Assembly: GCA_036785375.1 (NCBI GenBank) | Contig: JAWMAR010000421.1 | Coordinates: forward strand, 248,001-312,000 | DNA from: Leucoraja ocellata | Lineage: Eukaryota | DNA: 64,000 bases | Direction: 5' to 3' | In this document: piece by piece, positions 59,501 to 64,000 of the stretch | Position numbering within the stretch: the first letter of the stretch is position 1 | Layout: the number at the start of each line of letters is the position of its first letter | The notes under the pieces: generated by a model | The model's database searches: none | Told to the model about the DNA's origin: nothing | The model's input: only the letters and a program-made list of their open reading frames with translations | Program-made: the position numbers and the translations under genes

Positions 59501-62500
59501 AGCATTAAATTAAAATTTCACTCCCACACCTGATCAGCGTACTCCTCTGAAATACGATGTGCCCACTCAATATACAGCTTCAGTGGTCTGCAGGGATTGG
59601 AGACATCAGCACATTTAATTAACATACGCATGATCAGAGTTCGGTTCTCAAGAGAGTTGACGGAAGATCTGCACATATTAATACTGCTGGGGCCAACCTG
59701 CAAAGGAAAACAAAGGTTTACTGTAAACGCCAAGCAAAACAAGGGCTCGTGTGAGAGCCACATGCTGCACACCTCCCATAGCTGGACTGAAGGTGAACAG
59801 AGGTCCCAAGTGCATATGTTGATAAAATCCTTCACCCTCCTGTCAGCAGGTTCTGGAGGAGCCTGCCTCATAACTGTACCACATGCCCTGTCCCAGGCTT
59901 GCTGCCTGCCCCCCCCCCCCCTCCTCCCCCCCACACTGCAAGATTGCCAGTTCCTCCACCCAACCCAAAGGCACGTCTTTGAGGAGAGAAAGATTCCACC
60001 AGCTTCCGAAAATCAGCAGCTCAGTTCCAATTTCAACCATGCTTGAAATGACTAGAATTACTATCTAACAACAAAATCCCAGCTGGGAAACAAAAATGCA
60101 CTGCATGGAAGGAGGAATTAATTATGAAGAGTTTCTACAACCACTAAATTCAGGTGAGGAACACCACACATCCACCCGCATACACCACATGCCACGATGT
60201 TTGGCCGGTTATATGCCCAACTTGCAGGTTAGCTGGCAATTCATGGGATGGTGTTTGGCACTAGACGTACAGTTGGTGCAAGAACTGACCAGGACGGCAA
60301 GTACCAAGACAAGACATGACTCGTAGGAGAGAAACACTTACATCGTTTGGGAAAGAGCAGATTCAGTTCACTGGACTACTGTCTCTCGTTGCATGCGATC
60401 ATCTACTCCAAAGAAACTGAATGCAGTTTTCTTCACCAGCTGACATGCAGCCACATTATTTGAATGCTTTTGAGCTGCTGGTGATGAAGAGTCAGCCTGC
60501 TCCAGGCATTTAGACATACTTGTTCTCTGTGGATGAACTGGCTCAGTGAACAGTGTTTCCATTACCAGAACAAACTATTGATTAGTGCCTGAAGAGTGCA
60601 GCAATATAGGCCCACAATGTTCATTGCAAAATCTCCTCCCATGTTTAACCTAAGCTCTGTGCTTCATACCGGGGTTGGGAAAGTAGCTATAACCATTACA
60701 GCATGGGAAGGGGTTCTTCAATTTACCCACTATTGCATCATGTGAAACTGAATGTAGACCAAGGTCATTCCTCGGATGTTAGCATCACTGAGCAATCCAT
60801 CATTCAGTGCCATCTTGTAAATGGAAATCAAAATCAAAAGAAAACTGACACTGCAAATCTAAAACATAATAAAATGCAGGAAATACTCAGCGAGTCAGAT
60901 CGTATTAGCGGGATGAGAAACACGAGTCATGTTTTAGGTTCAAGACCCTTTGGTCAGAATCGGGAAGGAGAGAAAAAGAGCCATTTAAGTAACAGGAAGG
61001 GTGGGGGGGAGGAGAATCTCTGATAGAGTAAAACCAGGGTGCAAACAAGGTTATTTGGTCAATGAGTGAAAGGGAACAGTTAGAAAGCGAGACCATATCT
61101 GCAATTACTGCCACCTTCAAAGAGATTCCACCACACCTTCCCTTTCAGCAACTGGCAAGAAGGTTCCCTTTACGACTCCCTGGTCCACACTTGGTCCCAC
61201 CAACCACCTTGTTTCATACACCACTTCCCTGGCAACTATAGGTGATGCAACACTTGGCCTTTCATCTCTTCCCATCCCGCTATCCAGGGGCCCATGTTTT
61301 AAATAAGTTAACTGTGAAGGCTGGCACGGTGGCGCAGCATTAGAGTTGCTGCGTTGCAGCGCCAGTGGACCCGGGTTCGATCCTAACTACGGGTGCTGTC
61401 TGTACGGAGTTTATACGTTCTCTCCGTGACCGCGTGGGTTTCCTCAAAGATCTTCGGTTTCCTCCCACATTCCAAAGACTTACAGGTTTGTAGGTTCATT
61501 GGCCTGGTGCAAGTGTAAATTGTCGCTCGTGTGTGTAGGTAGAGTCCACATCACAAGATTAGAAATTGTTCAGCCAGTGCTGAACACACTTCTCGGCATC
61601 TGCATACAATGGCGTCTTGTGCTTCGTGGTGGAAAGATTGGTGGAATCAGGGCCGCGATGTGAACACTCCTTCCTTGACCCCAGGGTAGTGTTAATGTGT
61701 GGGGATCGCTGGTCGATCCGCCTGTTTCTGCACTGTATCTCTAAACTAAATTAAAGTGTAAGTTGCAAGCAAGGTAAACTGGTCAATGGGTGAATGAGTG
61801 CAACTAGAGAGAAAGAACATAGAAAAAACAATGCAAGCATGGCAAGTTTCCTTCTTAGACTATGAGAATCCAATGGCCTATGGACTAGGTGTGTGGTTAA
61901 AATGCCATCACAACATTTAGATTATGAAAAATGGAGCCCTTACATAAATATTGAATATCACGGAGTGAGATAGTGCAGTCTCCAAGCAGCAGATGCCACA
62001 CGGTGGAATTGCAAGCTCCTTTTAGGATATGCATGGGTCTGGGAAGCCGAATCACTGGCAATTTGTCATTAGCTCTCAACAAAACTGGCCTGACCTTGAA
62101 CCCAATCGTAGGGCTGCTGTTTAAAACCATAACATAAGCCTGCTCCACTGACAGGATTAGCCACATAGAATCCAGCTCATCACGCTGCTCATGAAAGGAG
62201 ATCATATCAGTTTGACCTAGAATATGTCTCTCACTGAGGCAGAGTCCAGTCTCTACTTCAGAGAAGGCATCTCAGAAAGCTCCAGGTAACAATGGCAACA
62301 ACAGGTCTACACTGAAAGAGGCACTGACAAAATCTAGCTTTGATAAAAACAAGAAGGAGAAAGTCAATGTCAAGTCGATGACCTATATCCCTCTAAACCT
62401 TTCCTATCCATGTACCTGTCCAAATGTCTTTTCAATGTTTGCATTCACTGCAACAAATTAAAAATTACTTATCCAGAATTCATCACTAAATTTGTCTGAA

Positions 62501-62774
62501 ATCAATAATGCATTTAGTTTTCAACTTTTATTTTGCCATTATATTACAGTGACGCTTTAGATTCTAATAATTTAAATACCCTTTATAAAGTGGAATACCA
62601 CCACAGCAGGCAGCGGAGGTTCACACCATGCTTACCGTAATTGCACTATCATCAAATCCAGACAAAGGCTTAACGATGCAGTTCATAAATTTGTTGACAT
62701 GTTCAAAGTGTTTTGTCATCTCCGTGGCAAGGATCATGTCAATGATATATTTTCGGAGGACTCTGTAATCGTTC
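56501..62774 (-). CDS. PDE8A: cAMP phosphodiesterase 8A, last four exons (gene continues beyond window); join(complement 62774-62636,59697-59530,57882-57753,56580-56501)
   Basis: [41 protein letters not shown] (8A-like rather than 8B ENQILI..VANP, from recall), [11 protein letters not shown]. Confidence 0.88.
56821..57079. repeat. 103-bp direct repeat, period 156
   Basis: tgatttattccgccccacccacggacac...atttacatataca at 56821-56923 and 56977-57079, few mismatches. Confidence 0.92.
57753..57882 (-). CDS. PDE8A: PDE8A penultimate exon
   Basis: [40 protein letters not shown]; 130 nt. Confidence 0.92.
59530..59697 (-). CDS. PDE8A: PDE8A catalytic-domain exon
   Basis: ..[40 protein letters not shown]; 168 nt. 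Confidence 0.9.
61323..61755 (+). mobile_element. tRNA-derived V-SINE (HE1-like), interrupted by an insert
   Basis: A box tggcgcagc, B box ggttcgatcc, V-core (cgttctctccgtgaccgcgtgggtttcc...ggtttcctcccacattccaaagac), ctaaactaaa tail. Confidence 0.85.
62636..62774 (-). CDS. PDE8A: PDE8A catalytic-domain exon
   Basis: [37 protein letters not shown]..; ggcag| and |gtaagc. Confidence 0.9.
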
Positions 62775-63339
62775 CTGCCAAAACATTGTTCCCAATTTAG
62801 TATAAACTGGACTTGGCACAACATTCCAAGTTGCCTCACAGAAGTGTAATAAAAACACACTGATACCAAAGGTGACAACGGGTAACTTTTCAGCACTGAA
62901 GCAGACAGAAAGTATGCCCATGATAAGAAGATTGGCTTTTACGTTTTATGAGTTTATAGGAAAAGGGTGCCCCTGTTTTTATTGCCCATCCTAAATCTCC
63001 AGGTGGAGAAAGAAAACATTACCACAAGTGCACCAGTAATGGAAGCAAGACGTTGCGGGTAGAGGATGTGTTGCTGCATTTTACCAGGGGTGCCGCACGA
63101 TTAGCAGCGTCTTTTTATTTTTAGTGCATGTTAAAAGTTTGAGTAAATGTTCTCCAGTTTGTTTTAATGGGGGATGGGGAGGGTTGAGTGAAACCTTTTT
63201 TTCCCCAATTTCTTACCTTGGACGAGTTGGACCAAAGGGCTTGTCTGTCTCAAAGGCTCCAAGAACATTCCTCATGCTATGCTGATATTAGGGTTCCCAC
63301 CAATCCCACTTCACTTCATTACTACATTTTGTGTTTTTT

Positions 63340-64000
63340 TTAATGTTAAGTACTCTGGACCTGGAATCAAGATCTCGGAGATATAACTTGAGGGTTCTCG
63401 GAGTAAAGGAAGGACGAGAGGGTAATGAATCTCAAGCATGTACTTTCGTTACTGATTTACTCAAAGATGTCTTTGAACTGTCAGAAGAACCAAGAATAGA
63501 CGTCGCTAACCGAGTTGGGTATGTTGCAAGAGGAAAAAATTATTCAAGACAGATAATCGTGAAATTCCGTGACATCTCTTCAGTGGAATTTATATTGAAA
63601 AAGATCACTCATGGCAAGAAGCTGACATACCGTGGGGATAATGTGCGAATATTTCGCAATTACTCTCCTGAGGTCGTCCAGAAAATGAGATTGTTTACAC
63701 TGGCAAGACACACTTTGAGGGATGTCCCGGGAGTAAGATATGGAATTTACTTTCCCGGAAAAATGAAGGTATCTTATAACGGCGTTGAACGCTCATTTGC
63801 AGAGCCCGGAAAAGCTTTAAAGTATGCAGAGGACATCATTAAAAAAACATCGGGGCAAGCTGCCGACAAAGAAGAAGATTGAACTTTTTACAGAGTTTTG
63901 AACTGATTAAAATGGCCGAGCTAACCAGACAATTAAAAAGCTTATCTCGTTGGAATGTGTTATTCAGAGAGCTTGGTTATATTCAACCTTGGATGAAAAG
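63340..64000 (+). mobile_element. L1-clade LINE: ORF1p RRM/CTD plus start of ORF2
   Basis: DLESRSRRYNLRVLGVKEG...IDVANRV...RQIIVKF...VRIFRNYS...YGIYFPGKMKV (Transposase_22-type ORF1); ATG 63912 MAELTRQLKSLSRWNV resembles the APE endonuclease SWNV start. Confidence 0.85.

Noticed and set aside
61323-61395. tRNA-like A and B boxes
   Set aside because: Head of a tRNA-derived SINE, not a cloverleaf tRNA gene

Overview
Vertebrate genomic DNA, most likely a cartilaginous fish (skate/ray), inferred from HE1/V-SINE-like, CR1 and Penelope-type repeats. It holds four spliced protein-coding genes, rebuilt by hand from GT-AG boundaries, phase arithmetic and recognisable peptides. HOMER2 (+, 9 coding exons, 34-19153) has an apparent +1 frameshift in exon 6. 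WHAMM (-, 10 exons, 34232-24492, ~753 aa) and FSD2 (+, 12 coding exons, 36732-52506, ~795 aa) are intact. PDE8A (-, 62774-56501) is represented by its last four exons. Introns are dense with CR1/L2 fragments, HE1-like SINEs, Rex1/RTE-like 3' ends, Penelope-like repeats and one L1 ORF1. Notable observations: the HOMER2 frameshift and Homer1a-like truncation routes; many hammerhead-ribozyme-like cores in Penelope-type repeats; a minisatellite that forms a DR4 nuclear-receptor array between the WHAMM and FSD2 starts; a CRE cluster at WHAMM; a CArG/E-box candidate FSD2 muscle promoter; several local inverted and direct duplications; and direct FSD2-PDE8A adjacency. Comparisons to human and mouse are from recall, not database searches.
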